Positions 13,786 to 24,700 of a DNA stretch of 64,000 bases are shown piece by piece; within the stretch, counting starts at the first letter, position 1; every line of letters begins with the position of its first letter. Source of the stretch: Felis catus. Lineage: Eukaryota. The stretch is from NCBI RefSeq assembly GCF_018350175.1, contig NC_058373.1:108440001-108504000 (forward strand), in the 5' to 3' direction. Position numbers and translations under genes: made by a program. The notes beneath the pieces are model-generated. The model was not told the DNA's origin, made no database searches, and was given only the letters and a program-made list of their open reading frames with translations.

Positions 13786-14449
13786 CCCACTTCATTCTAT
13801 TCTTCTTTGGAGAGTTCTGAAATATACCTATAAATCTGCCAAGGAAATGTTGAATTGAATTTAGAGAGCTCACTTTCAAAGCTGTCCACATTTTATAAGG
13901 GATAAGGCAGGTGGGAAGTAATTGAGATTCCATGTCATCTCCCAAAAGCCTCCATGTTTTTTTTCCCCTCTACAATTCATTTTCACCAACCAGCATCCCT
14001 GGCTCTCAGCAGGAACCTCAGACCCCAGCCTTCCTGGTGGTGGGTTCATCCACCCTGAATGATTTTTTGTTCAAGCACACAGAGTCTCTGCAAAACTTAG
14101 CCGAAATTCCCAGTGAGCACCAGGAACCTCCCAGGATTATCCTGGACATCACTAAATGAGCTGGGAATTTGGTCCTCATAGGTTCAGCAGCTAAGAGGGC
14201 CATCATGCTGATTAGGGAAACCCACATCCCCAGAGCCTGTGTGTGTAGCTTGCATCTTTTGGCGGTGGCCTCAGGTGCAGAAATTCATGTGGACATGGCC
14301 AAGGAGGGTTTTTGCTGGAAACTCTAGTCCAGAGTTCTCAGGCTACAGGTGGTAAAAAAAAAAAAAAAAAAAAAAAAGAAAAGTTGTAAGGTTCACACTC
14401 ATGGGAAGTGGCATTTTGTTCTTTCTTGGAGTGTGAACTGTTTGATTTT

Positions 14450-14726
14450 TATTTTTTATTTATTTTTAATTTTTTAAACATTTATTTATTTTTGAGAGAG
14501 GGAGAGAGAGGGAGGGAGAGAGAGGGAGAGAGAGAGAGGGAGAGAGAGAGAGAATGAGAATGGGAGAGGACCAGAAAGAGGGAGACAGAGGTTCCCAAGC
14601 AGGCTCTGCACAGTGAGCATGGAGTCCCATGGGGGCGTGGGGTCTCCAACTCAGGAACAGTGAAATAATGACCTGAGCCAAAATCAAGAGTCGGCGGCTT
14701 AACCGACTGAGTCACCCAGGAACCCC
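14450..14726 (-). mobile_element. Can-SINE
   Basis: Reverse head (...cttaaccgactgagtcacccaggaacccc), GA-rich tract, T-rich tail. Confidence 0.88.
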
Positions 14727-15435
14727 TGATTTCTAAAAACTTGTCTACTGACAGTCCACATAGATGCCCTTCTGGTGGTTTTATTCTTTGTTGGGGGTTT
14801 TCTTCTTAAGTCATCCCCTCCTAAGAACTCATCCTGTCATAACTGTTACACTTTTGTCATATTTTGCAAATACTTTTCTAATATGCTTTTATACAATGTC
14901 AGTTGGCCATTTTGGGGGAGGTGCCTGTTAATTGGTTTTGTGTTCAGTATCATCAAGAAGGAAGAATAAAATCCCAAATCAGTTTTATATAAAGTCCTGT
15001 TTTTTAAGGTATCATTCTGAGGCAGGAAGTTGCCATGGCATTTCACCATCTGAATTTGAATTCTGGTCCAATCATTTATTTCTTGTGTGATGCTGGGTCT
15101 GTGTTACCTCCTAGTTGTATTTTGTGGGGGCTGTGTGCAAAGCATTTACGGTGGTTCTGACCTGCAGTAAGTTCTTAATAAACATTAACCATTTGAAGTT
15201 CTGTCAGCTGAATATTTACCTACATTTTCTTTCAGCCTCTTTGTCCATGGTTGATGGGAAGGGAGTTGTTGTACATTTAACTTTGTGATCCCTTAGGAGT
15301 TCGTTTTGGTATATAATATAAGGTGAAGTTCTAACTTGAGGCTTTTCTGATGGGCTATATATATATCAAATATATATTTATATTTTTTGATGGGCTGTAT
15401 AATTCATTGAGCAATTTCTTCCCTGTTGATTTTTG

Positions 15436-15649
15436 TTTTTGTTTTTTTCTTCAAGCTTATTTATTTTGAGAGAGAGAGAGAGGGAGAGAGAGCATGTGTT
15501 CACAAGCAGGGTAGGGGCAGAGAGAGAGGGGGGAGAGAGAGAATCCCAAGCAGGCTTGGAACTGTCAGCGCAGAGCCCAATGTGGGGCTCATGACCTGAG
15601 CTGAAATCAAGAGTCAAATGCTTAACCAGCTGAGCCTCCCAGGCACCCC
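15436..15649 (-). mobile_element. Can-SINE with small internal deletion
   Basis: Reverse head ...cctcccaggcacccc, GA tract, TSD t(g/a)ttgat(t/a)tttg. Confidence 0.88.
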
Positions 15650-16536
15650 TATTGATATTTGTAAAGTTAACTCTCTTTATCATTTATCACATTCTTCTGT
15701 CTGTTAATTTGTTTTAGGGATGCCTTATCTAGTCCATAAGCTGTTTGTCAACTCTTGTTCTAGTATTGAGGGTTTCAATTTTTTAAAAAGTTTGTCTTTT
15801 TATTTACTCTTTTATTGAGGTATAACTTATATCCAATGAGGTGCATGTGTCTTGAAGGAGGTTTATTTATGTTTCCACTCTTGTAATTGCCATACACATC
15901 AAATTAGAGACCCCAGACGGCTCCCTCATGCCTGTCCCTAAGGCAACCACTGTTGTGATATCTATCACCATAGATTAAGGAAATCTCTGTCTATTCCTAC
16001 TTTGTTTAGGGATAGGACAGGAGATAAATTTTATTACATGCTTATTCTGCATCTATTGAAATAACTACATGATTTTCTTTCCTCCTTTATTCATTATTGG
16101 GTAGATTATGTTGGTTGATTTTCAAATGTTAAACTAACTTTGCATGTTTTGAATAAATCCTACCTGGTTATGATATATATAAATTTTAAATATCAAGGGA
16201 TTTGAATTTCAAATATTTTGGCTATGGTTTCTACATCTTTGTTCATGAAAAATATAGACCTAACATTTTCCTTTCTTGTAATGTCCTTTTCAGGTTTTAG
16301 TTTCAGGGTTATACCTGTCTCATCACATGATTTGGGCAATGTTTACCTCTTTTTCTTTTCTCTTATTGTGCAAGTTTGGTATTATTTCTTCTTTAAAGTT
16401 AGACAGATTTCACCAGTGAAGCCATCTGGGACTGCAGTTTCTTTATAAAAAGAAATCAAATAATTGATTAAATTTCTTTAATAATGAACCTTAAAAATTT
16501 TCATCTTCTGTGACATCTTTTCTAACATATAACTTT

Positions 16537-17326
16537 TTTTTCTTAGTTTAAATTTTAGTTAATATACAGTGTAATATTGGTTTCAGGAATAGAATTTAGT
16601 GATTCATTATTTACATACAATATCCAGTGCTCATCACAATAAATGCCCTCCTTAATACCCATCACCCATCTATCCCATCCCCCCACCCACTTCCCCTCCA
16701 TCAACCGTCAGTTTGTTCCCTTTCATTAAGAGTCTCTTATGGTTTATTTTCCTCTCCCCCCCACCACCATATGTTCATTTGTTTTACTTCTTAAATTCCA
16801 CATATGAGTAAAATCATATGGTATTTGTCTTTCTTGATTGACTTATTTCACTTAGCATAATACATTCTAACTCCATCCACATCATTGCAAATGACAAGAT
16901 TTCATTCTTTTTGATGGCTAAGTAATATTCCATTGTATAGATATACCACATCTTCTTGATCCATTCATCAGTTGATGGATATTTGGGCCATTGGCCATGG
17001 TTTGACTATTGTTGATAACGCTGCTATAAACATTGGTGTTAATGTACTCCTTTGAATCTATATTTTTGTATCCTTTGGGCAAATACATAGTAGTGCAATT
17101 GCTGAGTCATAGGGTAGTTCTATTTTTAAATTTTTGAGGAAACTCCATACTGTTTTTGAGAGTGGCTGCACCAGTTTGCATTCCCAATAGTGCAAGAGGG
17201 TTCCCCTTTCTCTGCATCCTTGCCAATACCTGTTGTTTCTTGTGTTGTTAATTTTAGCCATTCTGACAGATGTGAGGTGGTATCTCATCATGGTTTTGAT
17301 TTGTACATCCCTGATAAAGGGTGATT
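16537..17326 (-). mobile_element. 5'-truncated carnivore L1 (ORF2 C-terminus + 3'UTR) nested in older L1
   Basis: Minus-strand [28 protein letters not shown]...IELPYDSAI is L1 ORF2 C-terminal sequence. TSD atataacttt at 16527-16536 and 17327-17336. Confidence 0.9.
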
Positions 17327-17666
17327 ATATAACTTTCTTATAATATATGCATATAAAGTTATGCTTCCTTAAAAACACTATGTTAGCTACCTCTCACAGG
17401 TTTAGTATGTTGTATTTTGCTTCTAATTAAGCTCAATATATTTTCTAATTTGACCTAAAATGTCTTCCTGGTTATCTTTCTTTTGTTGATTTGTAGTTTA
17501 ATTGCCCTGTGGTTAGAGAATATACCCTTGTGATTTCAGTCCTTTGAAATTGGAAAATTTGTGATGCTTTCTTTATGGAACAGCATATAGTCTATTTTTT
17601 TGGATATGGTGCATTTTTGGTAAATATCCCATGTAAATGTGAAAAGAATGTATATCATGAAGGTGT

Positions 17667-17669
<3 letters not shown>

Positions 17670-17703
<34 letters not shown>
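17670..17703. repeat. (TA)n microsatellite
   Basis: Directly visible. Confidence 0.95.
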
Positions 17704-17706
<3 letters not shown>

Positions 17707-18510
17707 CTATATTAGGGTGATTTATTTAATCATGTTCTATTTTTATATACTCTTATTTATTTTCAGTTCTATCAGTTTTAGAAGAATGTTAAAATCACGA
17801 AATAAAATTACAGATCTTTTTCTTTATATAATTTAAAATTATTTAGGTTTGTTATGTCTTCCTATTAAATTGACCATTTTATTATGAAATATTGTTTCTT
17901 ATTTTGAATACTTCTTGCTCAAAGTGTTTACTCTGTTTGATATTAGTACAACTGCACCATATTATTTTTGGTTATTATATACCTGCTACATCTTTTTCCC
18001 CCCACTTTTATCAGATTTAAAGTGGGCCTCTTATAAATAGATACAGTTGGGTTTCCTTTATGTTTATCTAGTATGATGATATTTATATTTTAAGTGGAGT
18101 ATTCAGCCCATTTACATTTCACGTAGTTATTGATACAGTTGGATATAAGGCCTCCTCCTCTTTGTTTTCTCTCCTTTTCCTATCTGTTCTTTGTTTCGTT
18201 ATTTTTTTCCTTGCCTTTGGATTAATCAAACACTTGCATTAGTCTAGTTTTCTTTAGCTTTTTTAGTTATATATTGTTTTATTCTTTAGGTGGTTACTCT
18301 AGAGATTATAATATTCATCATTGCATAAAATCTACTCTAAATGAGTACTTTTATCACTTCCTGAAAAATGCAAAAACTTTATAACATTTTAATTTCACAT
18401 ATACCCACCTTTGTACTTTTGTGTTTCTGTTGTTGTACCTTTTACTTCTACACATATTTTAAATTCCCAAGGGATTTTAATTAATTTTGTTTTTTAAAGT
18501 GTAATTTAAA

Positions 18511-18890
18511 TGTCTTTCTCAGACTGACTGACTTTGCTTAGCATAATACACTCTAGCTCCATCCATGTTGTTGCATGTGGTTGTGTTTTAAACTAAGTGA
18601 AATAAGTCAGTCAGAGAAAGATAAATACCATATGATTTCACTCATATGTGGAATTTAAGAAACAAACAGATGAACATAGGGGATGGAAAAAAAAGAGAAG
18701 AAGGCAAACCATAAGAGGCTCTTAGTTATAGAGAACAAACTAAAGGTTGATGGAGGGAGGTGGGTGGGGAATGGGCTAGAAGGGTGATGGGCATTAAGGA
18801 GGGCACTTGTGATAGGCACTGTGTGTTATGTGTAAGTGATGAATCATTATATTCTACTCCTCAAACTAATATTGTACTGTATGTTACTAA
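18511..18890 (+). mobile_element. Carnivore L1 3' fragment with 5' inversion and no poly(A)
   Basis: 18511-18575 is antisense L1 (gcataatacactctagctccatccatgttgttgca). 18593-18890 is the sense ORF2 end and 3'UTR (ataagtcagtcagagaaagataaataccatatgatttcactc...). Confidence 0.8.
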
Positions 18891-19445
18891 CATATGTTAG
18901 TTGAATATGAACATAACTTGAATATGTATGTTCCTATTTACTTCCTCTTACCATTCATCATCATTTTGCTTTAACATATATTCGGAATACCCAAGATATT
19001 GTTATTATTTTTGCTTTAGACAGCTATATTTTAAAAAATTAGAAATAAGGAAATGAATTTTTAAATATCCCTTCATTGATGTCACTTCCAGTACTCTTCA
19101 TTTCTTTATATAAGTTCAAGTTTCTATCTGTATTTACAGTTCTTTACTCTGAAGAACTCAGTCTTTAGTACAGGTATGCAGCAAATGATTTCTCTCTGTT
19201 TGTTTGACAATGTCTGTATTTCTATTTCATTTTTGGTAGCTATTTTCATTGTTTGGTAGTTTTGTTTTGTTTTGTCTTTTCTCTCCACACTTAGATGCCA
19301 TTCCCATTGTCTACAGCTACATAGTTTTTAACAAAGAATCTGTCAAAATTTTTATCTCTGTTCCCCCGTATGTAATGTGTCCCTTTCTCTCTAAGCATTG
19401 GCAAGAAATTTGTTTAACCTTGTTCTTCAGCAATTTGAATATGAG

Positions 19446-19446
<1 letters not shown>

Positions 19447-19490
<44 letters not shown>
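19447..19490. repeat. (TG)n microsatellite
   Basis: Directly visible. Confidence 0.95.
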
Positions 19491-19491
<1 letters not shown>

Positions 19492-20361
19492 ATGTATTTC
19501 ATTTATCTGGATTCGTGTTTTTTAGGCTTCTTGGATCAGTGTGTGGCTGTCTCTTGTGCCCTAGGGGAGATAGAAAGGAAGAATCTGCATGGACTTTTCC
19601 ACAGTGGCTGCTCTTTGCTTCCAACAAGATTGCACCAACAAAGAGGCTTTCTCCAGTTTCTCCCTCTGCCTCCAGTCTTTCTTATAGGATTTGATAACCA
19701 TAGTTAAGAAGGGCCTCTGAGTGGGTGTAAATACCTTTTGTGTCTGCAGCTCCTAGAAGTTGTAGGCTCCCATGCTAGCTCATACTTGGTTTTTAGCAAT
19801 TTGTTAAAAGTTTTAGCTGAATTATTCATAATGGTTTGATTGGGATTCAATGTCTATCTCAGGTAAGCAAGTTTTGGTCTCTTGAATCTTTTTGGAGGTT
19901 CCTGTCTTTCCTTAGTCAGTTGGATTAGTTGGTTGTCCTGAAAGATAAGCTCTTTCTAATGGATTCAAGAAAAGTTGTAATTTTGCATTGTCTTTTTTTT
20001 TTTTTACAGGAGTAGGGAAGAATCTATTCCAGTGGAAAGAATATTGTAGTATTATAGTTATTGTCAAAGAGGCAAAATTTATTCATCCATTCCTTTGTTT
20101 TTAATTCCTCTCCATCTCCGTAATTCCATATAAGATCATTTGCCTTTAGCTTTAAGAATTTCATTTAGTATTTATTACAGTGCCAGTTCACTGGTCATGA
20201 ATTTTTCAGAATTTATGTATTTGAAATGTATTTTCCTTTCTTTTTGAAGTTTATTTTCATTGGAGATAAAACTCTAAATTGGTGTTTCTTTTAATTTTAG
20301 TACTCTAAATATGTCATTCTGTTGTCAGCTTTCAATTTTATTTTTTAATGTTTAGACTTTA

Positions 20362-20436
20362 GGGGTGCCTGGCTGGCTCATTTGGTATATAGCATGTGAC
20401 TCTTGATCTCAGGGTTTTAAGTTTGATCACCCAACC
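20362..20436 (+). mobile_element. Short tRNA-Lys-derived carnivore SINE (SINEC_old-like), 3' end missing
   Basis: GGGGTGCCTGGCTGGCTCA...AGCATGTGACTCTTGATCTCAGGG head, no A tail seen. Confidence 0.7.
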
Positions 20437-20724
20437 TTAGTCTTAATGTTTCTCCTTTGAAGCTAATATGTTTTTCTCTGACTGCTTTTATGAGTTTATT
20501 TGCAATTTTAGTACGATATGTTTCGTTGTGGTTTGCTTTTTCTTTATTCTGCTTAGTGTATAGAAGGTTTCTTGAATATGCGGTTTGATGTCTTTCATCC
20601 ATTTTGGAGGATTTTGAGCATTATTTCTTCATATATTGTTTCTGCAATATTCTTCTTCTAGGATTTCAGTTACATATATATACATACACACATAGTATGC
20701 ATTATATATATAAATAAACAAATA

Positions 20725-20727
<3 letters not shown>

Positions 20728-20757
<30 letters not shown>
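20728..20757. repeat. (AT)n microsatellite
   Basis: Directly visible. Confidence 0.95.
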
Positions 20758-20760
<3 letters not shown>

Positions 20761-20924
20761 TACTTTGACTTTTATTTTGTATTTCCAGTCTATTTCTCTA
20801 TGTGTTTCAATATAGGTATTTTCAGTTCACCTCTGTTTTGCTTTGTCCAGTCTGCTATTGAGCTCATCAATTGAATTCTTAATTTTAGTTCAAATTCAAG
20901 TTCTAGATTTCCCATTTCATTCAC

Positions 20925-20960
20925 TTTTTTTTCCAAGATTTTTCTTAAGTTTATTTATTT

Positions 20961-21016
<56 letters not shown>

Positions 21017-21170
21017 CAGGGAGGCAGGGAGAGAGGGAGAGACAGAATCCCAAGCCGGCTCTGCACAGTGCAGAGCCCAACATGGGGCTTGAACTCATGA
21101 ACAATGAGATCATCACCTGAGCCAAAATCAAGAGTTGGACGCTTAACTGATTGAGCTACCCAGACACCCC
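20925..21170 (-). mobile_element. Can-SINE with long (GA)n tract
   Basis: Reverse head ...gagctacccagacacccc, (GA)n at about 20964-21013, TSD-like attt(c/g)a(t/c)tcactttt. Confidence 0.9.
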
Positions 21171-22950
21171 CTATTTGACTCACTTTTTAAAGAAACAGAT
21201 TTCAGGTCTCTGTCTAAATATTTAACCTTCATATTCTCAGGCATATAACCTTAAACATTTTAAATTTCTTGTTTGATAATTCCATGATCAGAATCACTTG
21301 TGGTTCTGTATCTATGAACTGATTTTCTCTTTGTTTTGGTGTCATTTGGTTTTGTATGTTGTATTTTAGTAAACCAGATAGGAACTGAATACCAAAATTA
21401 TGGATCCAAAGTTGTAGAGACTCTGGATAATTTTGTTTTCTTCCAAAAAAGGCACATTTTTCTGCTGTCAGGCAGCTAGAGTACTGGTGGATCATCTTGA
21501 TATTTGTAAGAATTTATTTTTAGGCATTGGGAGACAGGTTTTTCAGTCTTAACTTTACTTCTTGGAATGTTTCTTATTCCTAATCTGTACTGCCTCTAAG
21601 GTCTCACTAAAAAGAGTGTTTATCAAGTTTACTCTGCCTTCATGGAGCTTGATCTCCAACCTCTGTCTCTCCTAAAACATGAAGCTGATAAAAATCTATG
21701 TCTAGCTTTTTAACCTCCCAGCTATAAGCTGTCTTAAGTGCATGTACAGCTTAGAAATTGGCCAACAACTTGAGGAGAATTTTTTACACAGATTCTTCTG
21801 AGACTAATTTCTCCCTAGGATTTTGCCCCAGAGCCTCAGCTGCTTTTGGCTGCTCTAAATCCTGACTTTTTTCTTTCCCTCTAGTTCCCAATCCTGGGAT
21901 TTTGAAAAGTACTTTCAAGGAGGTAGTAGAGGTGAATGTGTAGTTCACCTTCAATGCGTCCTTACTTTCAAGAATCATAGACCCTAATCCTGCCTATGTT
22001 GGTTGTTCTTGAAGAACTTCAAACATTTGTTCAAACAGTTGTTTTATGTGCATATTTGTTCATCTTTTGTAGATGGTTTTTGATTAGCAAACTATTCCTT
22101 TCCCTTAAGTCTCACATAGTGTGTAGGGGGCAGACACTCCATTGACTCATGTTTTTCTTATAAGGAGGTATATTTCAAACTGTATTATAATTACTCATTA
22201 TTTTCTCTTCCTTTCACAAGCTCTGTGAGAACTCTGTGGAGGCAGGCATCCTATCTGCCTTGTTTACTTCCGTAACACCAGAACTAGCACACAGCCTGGC
22301 ATGTCGTAGGTGCCAGATAAAACTTGATGAACAAATAATCTTTATTTCCTTCTAAGAATGTGTTAGGGTTTTCTTTCAGAACCAATTATATGATCTGTTG
22401 TAAGTTCTTTATTGACATTCAAAAATAAGGTGTCTGTTCTGCTTTTAAGTCATGGTGTTTGATGTAAGTGGAGTTACATTCATAGTTTTGATTGCTTTTT
22501 GCTTGCTTGATCTGTTAGAGACTGGGAAGTGTTTTTCATCTGTGTATTAAAATATTTTTTACTTAAATGCTGTGTGTTCTCTACAGCATTGTTCATAATG
22601 GTGATGTCTTCATTGTAGATTTCCTCTTTTATCATTTGTAAAACTAACTTCTCTGTCCATTTAATGCTCTTTGCCCCAAACTCATCTTTTCCTGAAATTA
22701 ACCTGTAACTTATTTCGTTAAAAAATCTGTGGGAAAAATGGGGAAAGTTCCCTGAGAGTGTGTTGAGCATTTTACTTTTCCTGTTTTCTCTTCTAGTGTC
22801 TGAGACTTTATCCATAAGATGCAGTACATGGCTTCATATCCCAACTCAGCCTTGGCCATGTTGCATTCTTTCTGGAATGAATATAGACCTAATGGTATCA
22901 ATGTGGGACCAGGAAAGAGAAATGCTTTTAGTCACCTCAAAAGTACAGCC

Positions 22951-23314
22951 CAGGTTGTCCAGTTTGTTGGCATATAATTTTTCATAGTATTCTCTAATAA
23001 CAGAAGACCATGGGGGAAGGAAAAGGGAAAAAATAGTTTCAAACAAAGAGGGAGGCAAATCATAAGAGACTCTTAGATATAGAGAACAAACTGAGGGTTG
23101 TGGGGGGTGAGGGAGAGGGTAAAATAGGTGATGGGCATTGAGGAGGGCACTTGTTGGGGTAAGCACTGAATGTTGTATGTAAGTAGTGAATCATAGGAAT
23201 CTACCCCCAAAACCAACAGCACACTGTGTATACTGTATGTTAACCAACTTGACAATAAATTATATTTAATAAAATAAAATAAAATAAAATAAAATAAAAT
23301 AAAATAAAATAAAA
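22951..23314 (+). mobile_element. Carnivore L1 3'UTR with (TAAAA)n tail and a short inverted ORF2 piece
   Basis: 22951-22999 antisense encodes IREYYEKLYANKLDNL (L1 ORF2). 23000-23314 is sense 3'UTR plus tail. Confidence 0.85.
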
Positions 23315-24124
23315 TGTATTTGAATAATAAAATATGCAGAGCCCAAGAAGGGGGGACTGTGGTCTGAACTGGAGAGAGAACTTCTTTTCTGGTTGGTGGT
23401 TCTAGACCTGTGTTTCCTAAGAGTACATGGCAGGGATGGGTAGAAGAGCTTTACAGCCAGAGATCCCTCTGATTGGTTGGTGCCAATGTCTTGTTGTCTG
23501 TTAAAAATGTTCAAAATCCTTCTTTCACTGTAATATTCTGCTTTTTTTAGTTTGAAGCATGAGTTTGCCATCCATTGTATTTCAATCCAGCCTTACATGT
23601 ACTGAATTAATACTCTCAGAGGTAACATTTCACTGATCACTGTCCTTTGATTCCTGCAGTGTCATGACCTTGCATGTTTGATGTTATGTTGGGAGTTGAT
23701 TTCTCCATGACCTTCCCATTGAGTCAGGCTTGGGTACCTGATTGGAAACACAACTCGGAAGTCTCAAGACAGCCATGTTAGAGTCTTCTGTTCCTTCTGT
23801 TACCTCCCCCAAACTGCAGAAAAGGAGCCTTTCTATTTCAGAGGGAATCTTATACTTTATGCAGTCAGTGCATCCCTGAAAAGTTGCTCATCTTTATTGC
23901 AGACTTCTTCACTGTTGGGGTTATAAAATGTGCAATATTACTCCTTAGGTAGGAGAAATCTCCAGGTTTTGTGAATTTTTTTTTTTTTGTACACCAAAAA
24001 TGTTGCTGTATCCTCCTTGTCACTGAAAGCTTTGATGTTCCACCTGAACGTCTTTTTCTTTAGGGACCATGCCTGTGCTGTTTGTCTCCTGGTGGGGCTT
24101 TGGAAGGTAGAATTTGCTCAATCA

Positions 24125-24333
24125 GGGGGCATCTTGGTGGCTCATTTGATTAAGTGTCCAACTCTTGGTTTCAGCTCAGGTCATGATCTCATGGTTTGTG
24201 AGATTGAGCCCCATGTGGGCTCCATGCTGACAGCACAGAGCCTGATTGGGATTCTTTCCTTCCTCTTTCTCTACTCTCCCTCTCTCTCTCTCTACCCACC
24301 CCCCAAAATAAATATATAAAATTAAAAAAAAAA
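24125..24333 (+). mobile_element. Can-SINE
   Basis: GGGGGCATCTTGGTGGCTCA head, CT tract, A tail. 15-bp TSD agaatttgctcaatc at 24109-24123 and 24334-24348. Confidence 0.9.
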
Positions 24334-24479
24334 AGAATTTGCTCAATCGGCTTGTGCCACCATGCCATGCCCTGAATAGTCATTTATGTTTTGCCTCTGC
24401 CTTCAACTGGTTGTCTTGAAACTGTATGATCAGAGCCTCAGATAAATGGATGACACGCTTATTAGACAGGTGATGATGG

Positions 24480-24700
24480 TGATTAAATAGATATCATTTC
24501 CCGAAAGCTCACTGTGTGCCAAGCAGTTCTAAGTGCTTTAAACATATAATTCTATACGTATTATTATTGACTCTACTTGACAAAAGAGAAAACTGAGGCA
24601 CAGAGGATTTTAAACCCAGAGTCATATAGCTAGTATGTGGCAGAGGAGAATTTTAACACAGGCATTCTGACTCTTAACCACAATGTTATGCTACCTCTAT
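24480..24700 (-). mobile_element. MIR SINE
   Basis: ctcactgtgtgccaagc...agaaaactgaggcacagagg...gtcatatagctagtatgtggcag MIR core. Confidence 0.7.

Larger units (their letters stand above)
15780..22080 (-). mobile_element. Fragmented old L1M (L1MC/L1ME-like) host block interrupted by younger inserts
   Basis: T-rich antisense L1 motifs (gattttcaaatgttaaactaactttgc, attcagcccatttacatt, ggttactctagagatta). Boundaries approximate. Confidence 0.6.

Noticed and set aside
13932..14159. 75-aa ORF after a pyrimidine tract, considered as a SYT16 exon
   Set aside because: The acceptor at 13992-13993 gives phase 2 in this frame, incompatible with the phase-1 intron, and there is no similarity to synaptotagmins.
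23267..23314. Regular short repeats as a CRISPR-like array
   Set aside because: A (TAAAA)n L1 tail with no spacers, in eukaryotic DNA.
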